Made by a program: the position numbers and the translations under genes. A stretch of 64,000 nucleotides of DNA from Thermoplasmata archaeon (GTDB lineage Archaea; Thermoplasmatota; Thermoplasmata; Lutacidiplasmatales; UBA184): contig JAGWLG010000009.1 of the NCBI GenBank assembly GCA_028864975.1, positions 32,001 through 96,000 of the forward strand, given 5' to 3'. Shown in pieces: positions 36,389 through 45,459 of the stretch. Within the stretch, counting starts at the first letter, position 1. Every line of letters begins with the position of its first letter. The notes under the pieces are model-generated. The model worked only from the letters and a program-made list of their open reading frames with translations, made no database searches and was not told where the DNA came from.

Positions 36389-37258
36389 GTGAGCGGACGA
36401 GACTGGGCCCCCCCACGTCCCATGGGCGCGGCGTTCCGCCGACACTACGAACGCCAGGCCGACGAGGCTCACCGCGTCCGCTCGGGAAGGAGCGTGATCG
36501 AGTTCGAACGCCAGAAGGAGATCCTCACACGCTTCCTCCCGCGCCCACCGGCCCGGGTCCTGGACATCGGGGGGGGACCCGGGGCGTACTCGCTCTGGCT
36601 GGCGCACCAAGGATACGAGGTCCACCTCCTCGATGTGATGGGGCTCCACATCGAGGAAGCGAAGCGGAGGGCCCAAGCGCAGCGGGTAGCGATCGACGCC
36701 ACGGTCGGAGATGCCCGTGCACTTCCGTACCCGGACCGCTTCGCGGACGCGCTCCTCCTGATGGGCCCCCTCTACCATCTCACGGACCCTGCCGGTCGGA
36801 AGGCCGCCCTCCTCGAAGCGCGGCGGGTCCTTCGCCCGGGAGGGCTGCTCGCGACCGTCGGGATCTCGAGGTTCACCTCGATGCTGGACGGTAGCTGGCA
36901 GGGATTCATCCGCGACCCCAAGTTCCGACCGATCGTCTCCCGCGACCTTCGGTCAGGACAGCACAGGAATCCTCCCGGTCATCCGTCCTACTTCACGACG
37001 GCGTACTTCCACCACCCCGAAGAGCTGCGGTCGGAGATCAAGGGGGCGGGCTTCCGCGACGTGCACGTGGTCGCCTCGGAAGGCTTCCTCTGGTGGACCC
37101 CCGGGATCCTGGAACTGTGGAAGGACACCCATCTACGGGAGTACCTCAAGGGACTCCTCCGACGCGTCGAGGAGGAACCTTCGCTGATCGGTCTCGGCCC
37201 CCACCTGATGGGCCTCGCGCGGCGCCCAAGGCGCCGAGCGCTTCCTAGCGCACCATGA
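36389..37258 (+). CDS. Class I SAM-dependent methyltransferase
   Basis: VLDIGGGPG.YS, GDAR.LP..D...DA.LL.GPLYHL; alternative start ATG 36422. Confidence 0.9.
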   Translation: MSGRDWAPPRPMGAAFRRHYERQADEAHRVRSGRSVIEFERQKEILTRFLPRPPARVLDIGGGPGAYSLWLAHQGYEVHLLDVMGLHIEEAKRRAQAQRVAIDATVGDARALPYPDRFADALLLMGPLYHLTDPAGRKAALLEARRVLRPGGLLATVGISRFTSMLDGSWQGFIRDPKFRPIVSRDLRSGQHRNPPGHPSYFTTAYFHHPEELRSEIKGAGFRDVHVVASEGFLWWTPGILELWKDTHLREYLKGLLRRVEEEPSLIGLGPHLMGLARRPRRRALPSAP

Positions 37259-37811
37259 GCCAGCAGTCGCGTGGGACCCCTTCGAAGACCTCGTGGCCCT
37301 CGAGCCTCCGCGCCTTGCGGAACCGGGCCTTCTCGAACGCGCGTACCGATCGCGGGTTGTCGACGCGGGGGTCGGCCATCACCCGGTCCGCGTGCCGTTC
37401 GCGCTTCAGGAACTCGCAAAGGAGATCGATGCTCCTCGCGCCTAGACCCTGGCCCCAGAGGTCGGTCTCCCCGAGGAACAGGTCGATCCCGAAGGTCCGC
37501 TCCTCCGGAGCGAAACCGAAGCGAAGTGCATCCTCTCGCAGAATGCGATAGAACTGGAGGAAGCCGACCGGCCGACCCGCGACCTCCAGGATGCACGGCT
37601 GGTACTCCTCGACCCGGGACGCCCCCGGGTCCGTCTCCCTCCCGAAGTAGTGCCGCCGGACCCCCTCCTCGTCCAAGGGCCGGTCGCGTCCCGAGTAGAA
37701 CTGGATGACCTTGGGGTCGGAACGCCAGCGGGCGAGCATGCGGGTGTCCTCTTCCATGGCGGAGCGGATGCTCAGGTCGCCCGAGGAACAGATCAGGGTC
37801 AAGGCCGTCAT
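37245..37811 (-). CDS. GNAT acetyltransferase resembling aminoglycoside AAC(6')-Ie
   Basis: Start re-called to ATG 37811; [14 protein letters not shown]...WGQGLG, FLKRER.A..V..DP...NPR.VRA.EK, HE..EG...DCWLM. Confidence 0.85.
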   Translation of the reverse strand: [188 protein letters not shown]

Positions 37812-37913
37812 GCGCAGGAGCACGCTAGGCTTCTCGCTTTGGCTCTTCCGTTCGGTCCCCCCGGCACCACTGGACCGCCGGCCTTTATCCACCGGTCCTC
37901 GGTCGGGCCCACC

Positions 37914-38249
37914 ATGACGTGGGACCCTCAGACCTACTCCTTCGACCGCTGCTCCTCCTGCGCCGCACCGGTGACCGAGCTTCTCGTGGTCCGGACCGGC
38001 GAGGTCGCGGACGACTGGCTCTGTGCGGGATGCGCGGGTCGGTTCCGGTCGGGGCTTGGCGCCCTCGGGGCGAACCAGGTGATCGCTTCCACCCCGCTCC
38101 GAGTGTCGGAGGACCCCCTTTGCCCCTACCACCAAGGCGCGGAGGCGAACGCCTGCAAGCTGCACCGATGGGGGAACCGTGTGTTCCTCACCAAGATGGC
38201 CCGGAAAGGTAGTGGTCGCAACGTGGGCCACTTTCCCGGGGTCCGCTGA
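37914..38249 (+). CDS. Small Cys/His-rich putative zinc-finger protein
   Basis: ATG 37914 with TATA-like CTTTATC about 27 nt upstream; CSSC, CAGC, CPYH and CKLH. Confidence 0.55.
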   Translation: MTWDPQTYSFDRCSSCAAPVTELLVVRTGEVADDWLCAGCAGRFRSGLGALGANQVIASTPLRVSEDPLCPYHQGAEANACKLHRWGNRVFLTKMARKGSGRNVGHFPGVR

Positions 38250-38399
38250 CCAGGGGCTAACCCGGGGGGGTGAGACGACCCGCCGCTCTCGTGGATGCCG
38301 CCTCTGCACCGAACGAGAGCTCAGCCCAGCTCGAGACGCTGCGTCCTCCGCGCAAGCGAGGGGAGGGCGAGCACGCTCTGCCAGGAAGGGGGGGCGAGC

Positions 38400-38780
38400 T
38401 CAGCGCTTGCCCGCGGGCTTGGCGCCCGGCTTCGCGTAGTCCTTCATCCCCTGGATGTCGATCGAGACCACCGGCTCGTCCCCTACGACCCACGCGTCGT
38501 GCCCCGGGGGGATGAGGGCGACCTCGCCTGGGCGGATCTCCTGCTCCGTGCCATCGTCCATCTTCACGCGCAGGACCCCCGACACCTGGAAGGAGAGGTG
38601 AGGCATCTGGCAGCTTTTCGTCTTGGCGATGGGTTGCAGGTCCTTCGACCACTTCCATCCAGGCTGGAAGGTCGCACGTCCCAGGGTCAGCCCCCCGACG
38701 TTGACGATCTCGATCTTGCCGTTCGGTACGTTCCTCGCCTCGTGCGGGGCACTGAAGCTGTGCTTCTCGGGCTTCGCCAT
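38400..38780 (-). CDS. Cupin domain protein
   Basis: Start re-called to ATG 38780; FQPGWKWS...P...T.SC..PH....SG.L, G....IPPGHDAWVVG.EP. Confidence 0.9.
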   Translation of the reverse strand: MAKPEKHSFSAPHEARNVPNGKIEIVNVGGLTLGRATFQPGWKWSKDLQPIAKTKSCQMPHLSFQVSGVLRVKMDDGTEQEIRPGEVALIPPGHDAWVVGDEPVVSIDIQGMKDYAKPGAKPAGKR

Positions 38781-38915
38781 GCCCAGCAGCAATCGTCTCA
38801 CATATGAAACAATTTCGCGCCATGACCGTGACAGGCGGTTGGAGGCCTCCGCCGCTGCTCGCTGGGCTGGAACGCGGGACGGTTCTCTTGAGTCGGCGAA
38901 GGATGACCCCACGAG

Positions 38916-38927
38916 TGTCGGAGGAGG
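38916..38927. repeat. Direct-repeat copy of the tRNA-Met 3' end (candidate att site)
   Basis: TGTCGGAGGAGG identical to 40946-40957, same orientation; 6 of the next 11 nt also match. Confidence 0.55.
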
Positions 38928-39031
38928 TACCAGAATCCACGCGAGGGTGTTGATCCCGCGGCATCGTTGGGGTGGACAATCAGTCCAGCGGGCCGGCCAT
39001 CTTTTGGGGAGGGGGCGGTGAGGGCCGCGGA

Positions 39032-39265
39032 CTAGCTCTCGAGAAGCTCTGCGAACTCCTCAGGTGAGACTCCCGCAATACGCAGGCAGGCGCGGAGCGT
39101 ACCTCGCTTGAGGGGCCCTTCGTGGATCGGGATGACGACGAGCCCGAAAACACCTGGCTTGCTCATGATGTAGTGGCTCCCTGTTTGGCGTCGAAACACC
39201 CATCCGGCGCGTTGGAAACCGCGGATGGCCTCGCGAGGGGAGATGTTACCGAGGTTTGTCCCCAA
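39032..39265 (-). CDS. hicA: HicA family toxin (mRNA interferase)
   Basis: ..GF...RQTGSHYIM, VVIP.H...L..GTL...L; TTG start abuts the hicB stop. Confidence 0.9.
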   Translation of the reverse strand: MGTNLGNISPREAIRGFQRAGWVFRRQTGSHYIMSKPGVFGLVVIPIHEGPLKRGTLRACLRIAGVSPEEFAELLES

Positions 39266-39529
39266 TCAGACCGCCGCTAACTCAACTCGGAAGGTTCGGA
39301 CAGCCCGCCCGGCTTCCGAAGGCTTGCGGGGATGGGCCTGCTGGGCGAGTACCTCAAGATACCCCTCGATGGCGTCAGCGATGTTCTTACGGATTCCCGA
39401 CAGATTCTCGGCTTGGGTCACGCAACCCGGCAACTCCGGTACTTCCGCCCAGTATCCGCCTTCTTCGGCCTTGTAGACCTTGACGGTGAATCCACTCCTC
39501 ATCACACGGGGGACGCGGCGAATGGCCAT
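39266..39529 (-). CDS. hicB: HicB family antitoxin (short, no DNA-binding domain)
   Basis: EEGGYWAEVPELPGCVTQAE......NI.DAIEGYLE; alternative start ATG 39502. Confidence 0.9.
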   Translation of the reverse strand: MAIRRVPRVMRSGFTVKVYKAEEGGYWAEVPELPGCVTQAENLSGIRKNIADAIEGYLEVLAQQAHPRKPSEAGRAVRTFRVELAAV

Positions 39530-39788
39530 ATTGGTTCCGTCTGGGCTTGACCAGTGGCCACGACTCGTCGTTACGGTCGCGCGGGAGCCCTAGACCAGAC
39601 CCTCAGCGGGTCCGCTTCGCTTTCGATCTTCGGGACCGCGCCAACCTCGGGAGCCGCCTCAGCACTCTTGCGATAGCGAGCGCGGGGCCCTTCTGCCCGG
39701 CGGCGCGTTTGTCGCGCGAGGCATTCTTCTCGCGGGGTTGGGCCGAAGCGAGGTTGGCGGAAGGTCGGTGTTCCCTGCGTATAGCACG

Positions 39789-40763
39789 CTACGAGAGTCG
39801 GCCGGAAGAAGCGAGGACCCTAAGGGCGTTCAGCGTAATCATCTCGTTTCGCCCTTCCCGCCCCCAATCCACCACATCGGTGTTGGCCCCGGAACCCTTT
39901 CCCAAGCGCCAATAACGTCCCTCGATGTGCCAGGTACCGTCCTTCGCGCGCTTGGCCTCGACAATATCGAGAGCTTCCCGAGTCCTTGGGTCCCCCAGTT
40001 CTCCGACCTGATCGAGCACTCGAAGGGCCTGGAGCACGTCGTAGTGCCAGTAGAGTGGGTAGTGGAGTTTGACCCATCGCGGGTCAACTACCGCCTCCGC
40101 TCGGCAGGACTTGAACAGTCGATGCTTCAGGAAGAACTCGGCGGCCCGATCGACCGCTTCGCGAACGGACTCGTCGTTGGTAGCCTGTAGGTATCCGTTC
40201 AGCCCCCAGAGCGTGGCGAGACTCTCGTAGAAGGAGGAGTGATGGGCGTCCTCGGAAGGGTCGCAGTTCCACCCTCCGTCGGGCCACTGCCATCGGACGA
40301 GCCCATGCGCGATTCGTTGGACCGTCGGACCCTCCACCATACCCAATCGAGCGCATACGCCCAGAGGGTTGCCGACTACGGACGCATGAACTCTGAATCG
40401 TCCTCGGACCTGGTCTGGTTCTGTCCGAAGATACGGGAGCTGAGAGAGCACGAAGTTTGCCGCACGGTGGGCTGCTTCGTTCTCGGGAGGAACACCAAGC
40501 TCGACAGCGGAGACCAGTCGCCATGTCGCCCCGGCCCACTTCTTATACCAATGCACGCCGAAGCCCCCGTCGACTCGCTGGCCCGAAAGAAGAGCACGGA
40601 GACGAGGTCCGCCAGGGATCTGCTCCTTCGCAGAGCGTACCTCGCCAAGCCGTTCAGTCTCCCCGAGAACCTGCGTGCGAGTGAAGTAACGAACCGAGGG
40701 GTCCTTCGACTGGAGGAGCCACCGGACTCCCGGATCGTTTCTAAGCATCTCCGTGATCGTCAT
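39789..40763 (-). CDS. Prenyltransferase/squalene-cyclase repeat protein
   Basis: QW-like repeats: LSGQRVDGGFG, WQWPDGGWNC, KRAKDGTW; L.YP.YW.YD.L.AL.VL. Confidence 0.75.
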   Translation of the reverse strand: MTITEMLRNDPGVRWLLQSKDPSVRYFTRTQVLGETERLGEVRSAKEQIPGGPRLRALLSGQRVDGGFGVHWYKKWAGATWRLVSAVELGVPPENEAAHRAANFVLSQLPYLRTEPDQVRGRFRVHASVVGNPLGVCARLGMVEGPTVQRIAHGLVRWQWPDGGWNCDPSEDAHHSSFYESLATLWGLNGYLQATNDESVREAVDRAAEFFLKHRLFKSCRAEAVVDPRWVKLHYPLYWHYDVLQALRVLDQVGELGDPRTREALDIVEAKRAKDGTWHIEGRYWRLGKGSGANTDVVDWGREGRNEMITLNALRVLASSGRLS

Positions 40764-40945
40764 TCGGGATGCGATACTTCAGCCACGTCGTCATGATCTT
40801 GGAATCTCCGTGCATTCGTCCGCCATCGCCAGGGCAGGCTTCTTCCCGCGGGCGTCGATTCGTCCGATGCGTGAAGGCCCTCAATGCCCTAACCTCTGAA
40901 CTTCAGAGACATGACCAGAATACTGACGGGATTACGAAAATCGTA

Positions 40946-41050
40946 TGTCGGAGGAGGGATTTGAACCCTCGGCCCCAGGATCTCTCCGGCCCCTCGCGTG
41001 AACGAAGGGCCCTATGAGTCCCGTGCTCTACCAGGCTGAGCCACTCCGAC
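40946..41050 (-). tRNA. tRNA-Met(CAU), probably elongator, with 31-nt intron at 37/38 (intron 40982-41012)
   Basis: Full cloverleaf after intron removal: acceptor GUCGGAG/CUCCGAC, anticodon loop CU-CAU-AA, T-loop UUCAAAU; bulge-helix-bulge-like structure; no encoded CCA. Confidence 0.92.
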
Positions 41051-41089
41051 GTATTGCGCTGGACGCGCCGACACGGACCGGGCTATAAC

Positions 41090-41830
41090 TCATGCCGGCG
41101 GCGCGGCGACAGGGGGCGAGGTCTCGGGGGCGGGGACCTCCTGCGGTCCCTCCGGGGCACCCTGCGCCGGGGTCGGCTCCGCCGGAGCGGGCGGGGCCTC
41201 GGGAATCGGGCCCTTCACCTCGCTCGCACGGATCTCGATCTTCTTGAGAGGATAGAGGGGACGGAGCCCGTTCGACAGGGCCTTTCCCAGCTCCCCGTCC
41301 AGCATGTCACGGACCAGGTCCGCGGCCACCTTCTGCGACGCGACCTGGGTCAAGAGCTCCCGCATCTTCATCCGCATCCGGGAACGGAGCTTCGCCTGGA
41401 GACGGTGCTCGCTCACCGCGACGGGCTTCAAGGTGATCTCGACCCCATCCTTGCTGACGACCGTGATCGAAAGGTCGATCTTCGAACGCTTGCGGCGGGC
41501 GAGCCGGCGGATGTAGTCCGAGGTGAGCTCGTGGCCGACGAACCGAGCGTTCGCCACATGCTCCTGGGCGTTCGCTTCCTCGATCGCGAAACGGAGCTTG
41601 ATGTGGGCCCGGGCCACGTCGGTCCCGCCCGAGAGCTCCGAGAGGGTCGTCTCGAGGGAGCGTCCGATGATGGCTTCGGGCTCGGTCGCGAGGGTCTCTC
41701 CGAGCTCCACGTGCTGGAAGAGCCCGGGGGCGCGGACCTTGAACCAGACCTTGGACCGCCACTTGTCCTTGACCGTACGTGCGAGGGTGGTCTTCTTCTT
41801 CTCGCCGCCGCCCTCTTCCGCCGGGGACAT
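41090..41830 (-). CDS. rps3ae: Ribosomal protein eS1 (S3Ae)
   Basis: KDKWRSK.W..V.AP..F, IGR..E..L..L, F.GHELT.DYIR.L.RR..SKID, IRPLYPL..IEIR.SE-like C-terminus. Confidence 0.95.
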   Translation of the reverse strand: MSPAEEGGGEKKKTTLARTVKDKWRSKVWFKVRAPGLFQHVELGETLATEPEAIIGRSLETTLSELSGGTDVARAHIKLRFAIEEANAQEHVANARFVGHELTSDYIRRLARRKRSKIDLSITVVSKDGVEITLKPVAVSEHRLQAKLRSRMRMKMRELLTQVASQKVAADLVRDMLDGELGKALSNGLRPLYPLKKIEIRASEVKGPIPEAPPAPAEPTPAQGAPEGPQEVPAPETSPPVAAPPA

Positions 41831-41957
41831 GGGTGGAAGCGGGCCAGACGGGTTCCTTCATAAGTCTTGTCGAGAAGGAGGGGACCGGTCGGAGCCCACG
41901 TCCCGCGCCTGAGGGCGGCCTCCAAAGCTAATTAGGGACCCTCCAACTGCCGCGCCC

Positions 41958-43508
41958 GTGGCCGCCAAAGGGGTCGCCGCCGCATCGACCAGCGCCTCGG
42001 CAGGGGCGGGGGGTGGACGTGGAGCGGCCTCTCAGCTCCCTCAGGTCGAACTGCTCTATCGAACGCCCGGGGAGGTCCTGCACGACCACCTGACGGGGCT
42101 CATGACGGCCCTCCAGGGCAAGGGGCTCTCCCGAGAGGAGGCATTGGCCTCCCTCTTCCCCAAGACCGTCCTCCCGTACGAGACCTACGAGGACACGATG
42201 GCCGCCCTGCTGTCGGGCGCCCACCTCCTCTTCTTCGGCCCCTCCGGGAGCGGGAAGACGAACCTGGCGAAGGAGCTCTGGGACCTCTACCCCAAGACCA
42301 TCTGGACGGTCGACGGATGCCCCCTGCTGGACCACCCCGCCTCCATCCTCGATCCCGCCGCGGCCGCCGAGGCCCCACCTTGCCCGATCTGCACCCGACG
42401 CTTCTCTCCTGACGGAGCCCCCGACGGGTTCGACCCGAAGAGGGTGGATCCCTCGAAGGTCCCGGTGCGGAAGATCACCCTCCGAGAGGGGTTCGGGTTC
42501 GCCAGGATCCAGGGATCTTCGGAGGTGTTCCCCGACCACCTGACGGGCAACATCAACCTCCTGAAGCTGGAGCAGGTAGGCGACCCGATGAGCCCCCTCG
42601 TCCTCGAGCCGGGGAAGCTCCTCCAGGCGAACCGTGGGTTCCTCCTTGTCGATGAGATCGGGAAGCTCCCGCTCGGGACGCAGAACGTGCTGCTCCAAGC
42701 GTTGCAAGAGGGGACCGTCACTCCCGCGAAGTCGCGGGAAAGCTTCCCTTCACGCTTCGTCGCGGTCTGCACGTCCAACCTCTCCGACCTTGACAACATC
42801 AACGACCCGCTCTCCGACCGCCTGACCTCGGTCCATGTCGAGTTCAACCGGGTCCACGGACGGAACCGACGGATCGTGGAGTTGGCACGGCACGGGCCGG
42901 CCATGGCGTGGGTGCCGGAGGTCCTCCTGGACGCCGGCGTCCGAGTGATCGAGCTCTGGCGCGAGAAGATGTCCGACGACAACCCCGACGTGGGGGAGGT
43001 CGGAAGCAACCGTACCCTCATCGACGTCGGCTTCCGGATGGAGGCCTACGCCAAGCTCAAGGGCCATTCCTGGCCGACCTACGAGGACCTGAAATCGGGG
43101 CTGCTGCACGGGATGCGGGGGCGGATCCGGGCCCGCAGCGGCGACTCCTTCCAGCAGAACAGCCGCCTCGTCTCCGAGTTCGTCGAGCGCCACGCGGAGG
43201 AGGCGGTGAAGCGCTCCGCGACGGTCTACTGGTGCCGATTCTTCCGCGATCGTCTGAAGGGGAACAAGGCCGAGGGGGAGGGGGTCGTCTCCGAGGGCCG
43301 GCGTCTCTCGAAGGACTCGGCGCTCGTCGCCCAGGTCGCGAGGGGCGAGCCGCTCTTCCCGCGCTTCCAGGAGTTCTCCAAGTGGGTGTCGGAACGGGAG
43401 AAGCTCCCGAGCTCCGTCTCGTCCGCCGAAGCGGCCATCGGGGAGTTCGCCCTGCTCGAGAAGTTCTCCCTCTTCAGCTGCGAAGAGGGGAGCGATGACC
43501 GCGAGTAG
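41958..43508 (+). CDS. AAA+ ATPase, Mg-chelatase ChlI/MoxR-related
   Basis: Walker A GPSGSGKT; Cys-rich insert GCPLLDHP...CPIC; G.LLQANRG.L.VDEIGKL...QN.LL.ALQEG; sensor TSN; arginine-finger region PL.DRL. Confidence 0.88.
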   Translation: MAAKGVAAASTSASAGAGGGRGAASQLPQVELLYRTPGEVLHDHLTGLMTALQGKGLSREEALASLFPKTVLPYETYEDTMAALLSGAHLLFFGPSGSGKTNLAKELWDLYPKTIWTVDGCPLLDHPASILDPAAAAEAPPCPICTRRFSPDGAPDGFDPKRVDPSKVPVRKITLREGFGFARIQGSSEVFPDHLTGNINLLKLEQVGDPMSPLVLEPGKLLQANRGFLLVDEIGKLPLGTQNVLLQALQEGTVTPAKSRESFPSRFVAVCTSNLSDLDNINDPLSDRLTSVHVEFNRVHGRNRRIVELARHGPAMAWVPEVLLDAGVRVIELWREKMSDDNPDVGEVGSNRTLIDVGFRMEAYAKLKGHSWPTYEDLKSGLLHGMRGRIRARSGDSFQQNSRLVSEFVERHAEEAVKRSATVYWCRFFRDRLKGNKAEGEGVVSEGRRLSKDSALVAQVARGEPLFPRFQEFSKWVSEREKLPSSVSSAEAAIGEFALLEKFSLFSCEEGSDDRE

Positions 43509-45435
43509 CCCCACCGAGGCGACCCTCCCCTCCCCCTCGAACACCGCTCCCGCGGCGATCGCCCTACCGGCCTGTGAGGCGGTGAGCGAGGAGCTGGAGG
43601 ACGACGACCTTCTCTCGCTCCTCGCCAAGGACCGGATGGTCCGCGCGCTCGCCGAGCAAGGGCTGGGGGGGGTCCGTGAGATCGTCCGGGAGGAGGAGGC
43701 GAAGGGGGGTCGGTTCGCCGAGCGCGTCGCCTCGCTTCGGGAGCGCCTCCGCCGCCAGTTCTCGCGCCAGGTCCACCACCTCCAGCAGGAGTACCGCCGC
43801 AAGGAAGACGATCTGCGCCTTCGTCAGGAGGACCAGCGACGGCTCCTCGAAGCGGAGATCGCACGCTTGCAGGAGTCGCTCCAACGAGCTCGAGAGCTCT
43901 CGGCTCCTTCGCTCAAGGCCGACCAGGACCTGATGGAGGCCGTAAGGTCGGCGCTCCTCCTCCCGACGGACGCGCTGAAGCGGGCCTCGCGGGAGCGCCC
44001 CCCATCGCTCTGGCAGCGGATCCGGGCCTTCTTCTCGCACCTGTGGCAGGCGATCTTGCGCCTCTTCGGAAGAGGGAAGCGGGCGGAGCCCCGGAGGAAG
44101 CCCTCCGAGGGTCGGACCGTCACCATCGGGCGCCTGGCCTCCTTCGGCCGAACGCTCTCGCCGGACAACGCGGGGGACCTCTTCGGTCAGCTCACCCCGG
44201 CCCAGATGAAGGCCATCCAGGACGCGACGGAGCAGCGGCTCCGGGACCGGACCCGCGACCTCACGCGCCAAGGAAAGGAGTCCGAGGTCGAGGTTCGTCG
44301 CCGGAGGGACGACCTGGCCCGGGAGGCCGAGGCCGCGCGGGCCGAGGCGCTCCGCCGCGCGGAGGAGCAGACGCGGGCGGGGGTGGAGAAGAAGGTCCGG
44401 GACGAGCTCAAGGAGCGCGGATGGGTGCGCGAGCGGAGCGGCCAGATGGCCATCACGTACGCCCTCGTGGAGAAGTTCGCACGGCTCGTGTTGGAGGAGG
44501 AGTCCCGGTCCCTCCCTGAGGGACTTCGGATGTCCCTCAAGGGCTCGGCCTCCACGGGTCTCTACGAGAAGGGCAGGCTCCGTCAACTGGACGAGGTGGC
44601 GCGGCTCGACCTCGTGGGCTCCCTGGTCGAGAGCCGACTGCGCGGGTCGCGGCACCTCATCGAGGATGCCTCCTACGTCTACCGGGAGATCCGCTCGGAG
44701 AGCCTGCACGCGGTGCTGCTCCTCGACACGAGCGGCTCCATGGCCGAGGGGGAGAAACTGCCCGCGGCGAAGAAGGCGTTCCTCGCCCTCTACATGGCGA
44801 TCCGCCGTCGCTATCCGGATGCCGTGCTCGACGTCGTCGCCTTCGACAACAATGTGCGGGTGCTGGACCTCGTCTCCCTGTGGGAAGCGAGGCCCGGGGC
44901 CTTCACGAACACGGGGGAAGCCCTACGGACCGCCCACGAGCTCCTGCGCTCCTCCCGGGCCCATCGGAAGGAGGTCTACCTGATCACGGACGGTCTTCCG
45001 GAGGCCTACAGCGAGGAGACCGGCGAGGTCAAGAGCGGCAACCTCCAGAAGGCGCTGGAATCCGCGCTCCAGCGCGCGACCGAGCTGAGGACCGTGGGGC
45101 CGCTCGCCTCGACGATCGTCCTGCTCAAGTCCGAGGACCCCTCTTTCGAGAAGGCCGCACGGGCGCTCGCGCGCGTCCTCGGGGGGAGCGTGGTGATCAC
45201 CGACCCGAGAAGGCTCGCCTTCGAACTGCTCGTCCGGTTCATCGGGGACCAGCCGATGGAGCGCGCTGCGCCCGCGGGCCCCTCCGAGCCCACCGCCCCG
45301 CACCCTCCCGCCGCCAGCGCCTCCGCCCCCACGGTGGGGGTGTCCGTCCCGGGGGGTACGGCTCGCGACCGCCGCAAGGCGCGACGCGCCTCGGGCGGAG
45401 GGGGCACTCCCCCTTCGGCGCCCTCCCCGTCCTGA
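43495..45435 (+). CDS. VWA (MIDAS) domain protein with N-terminal coiled coil
   Basis: LLDTSGSM, TNTGEAL..A, YLITDG; overlaps the AAA gene by 14 nt. Confidence 0.88.
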   Translation: MTASSPTEATLPSPSNTAPAAIALPACEAVSEELEDDDLLSLLAKDRMVRALAEQGLGGVREIVREEEAKGGRFAERVASLRERLRRQFSRQVHHLQQEYRRKEDDLRLRQEDQRRLLEAEIARLQESLQRARELSAPSLKADQDLMEAVRSALLLPTDALKRASRERPPSLWQRIRAFFSHLWQAILRLFGRGKRAEPRRKPSEGRTVTIGRLASFGRTLSPDNAGDLFGQLTPAQMKAIQDATEQRLRDRTRDLTRQGKESEVEVRRRRDDLAREAEAARAEALRRAEEQTRAGVEKKVRDELKERGWVRERSGQMAITYALVEKFARLVLEEESRSLPEGLRMSLKGSASTGLYEKGRLRQLDEVARLDLVGSLVESRLRGSRHLIEDASYVYREIRSESLHAVLLLDTSGSMAEGEKLPAAKKAFLALYMAIRRRYPDAVLDVVAFDNNVRVLDLVSLWEARPGAFTNTGEALRTAHELLRSSRAHRKEVYLITDGLPEAYSEETGEVKSGNLQKALESALQRATELRTVGPLASTIVLLKSEDPSFEKAARALARVLGGSVVITDPRRLAFELLVRFIGDQPMERAAPAGPSEPTAPHPPAASASAPTVGVSVPGGTARDRRKARRASGGGGTPPSAPSPS

Positions 45436-45459
45436 GCCGAGAGAAGAGGTCGAACGCTC

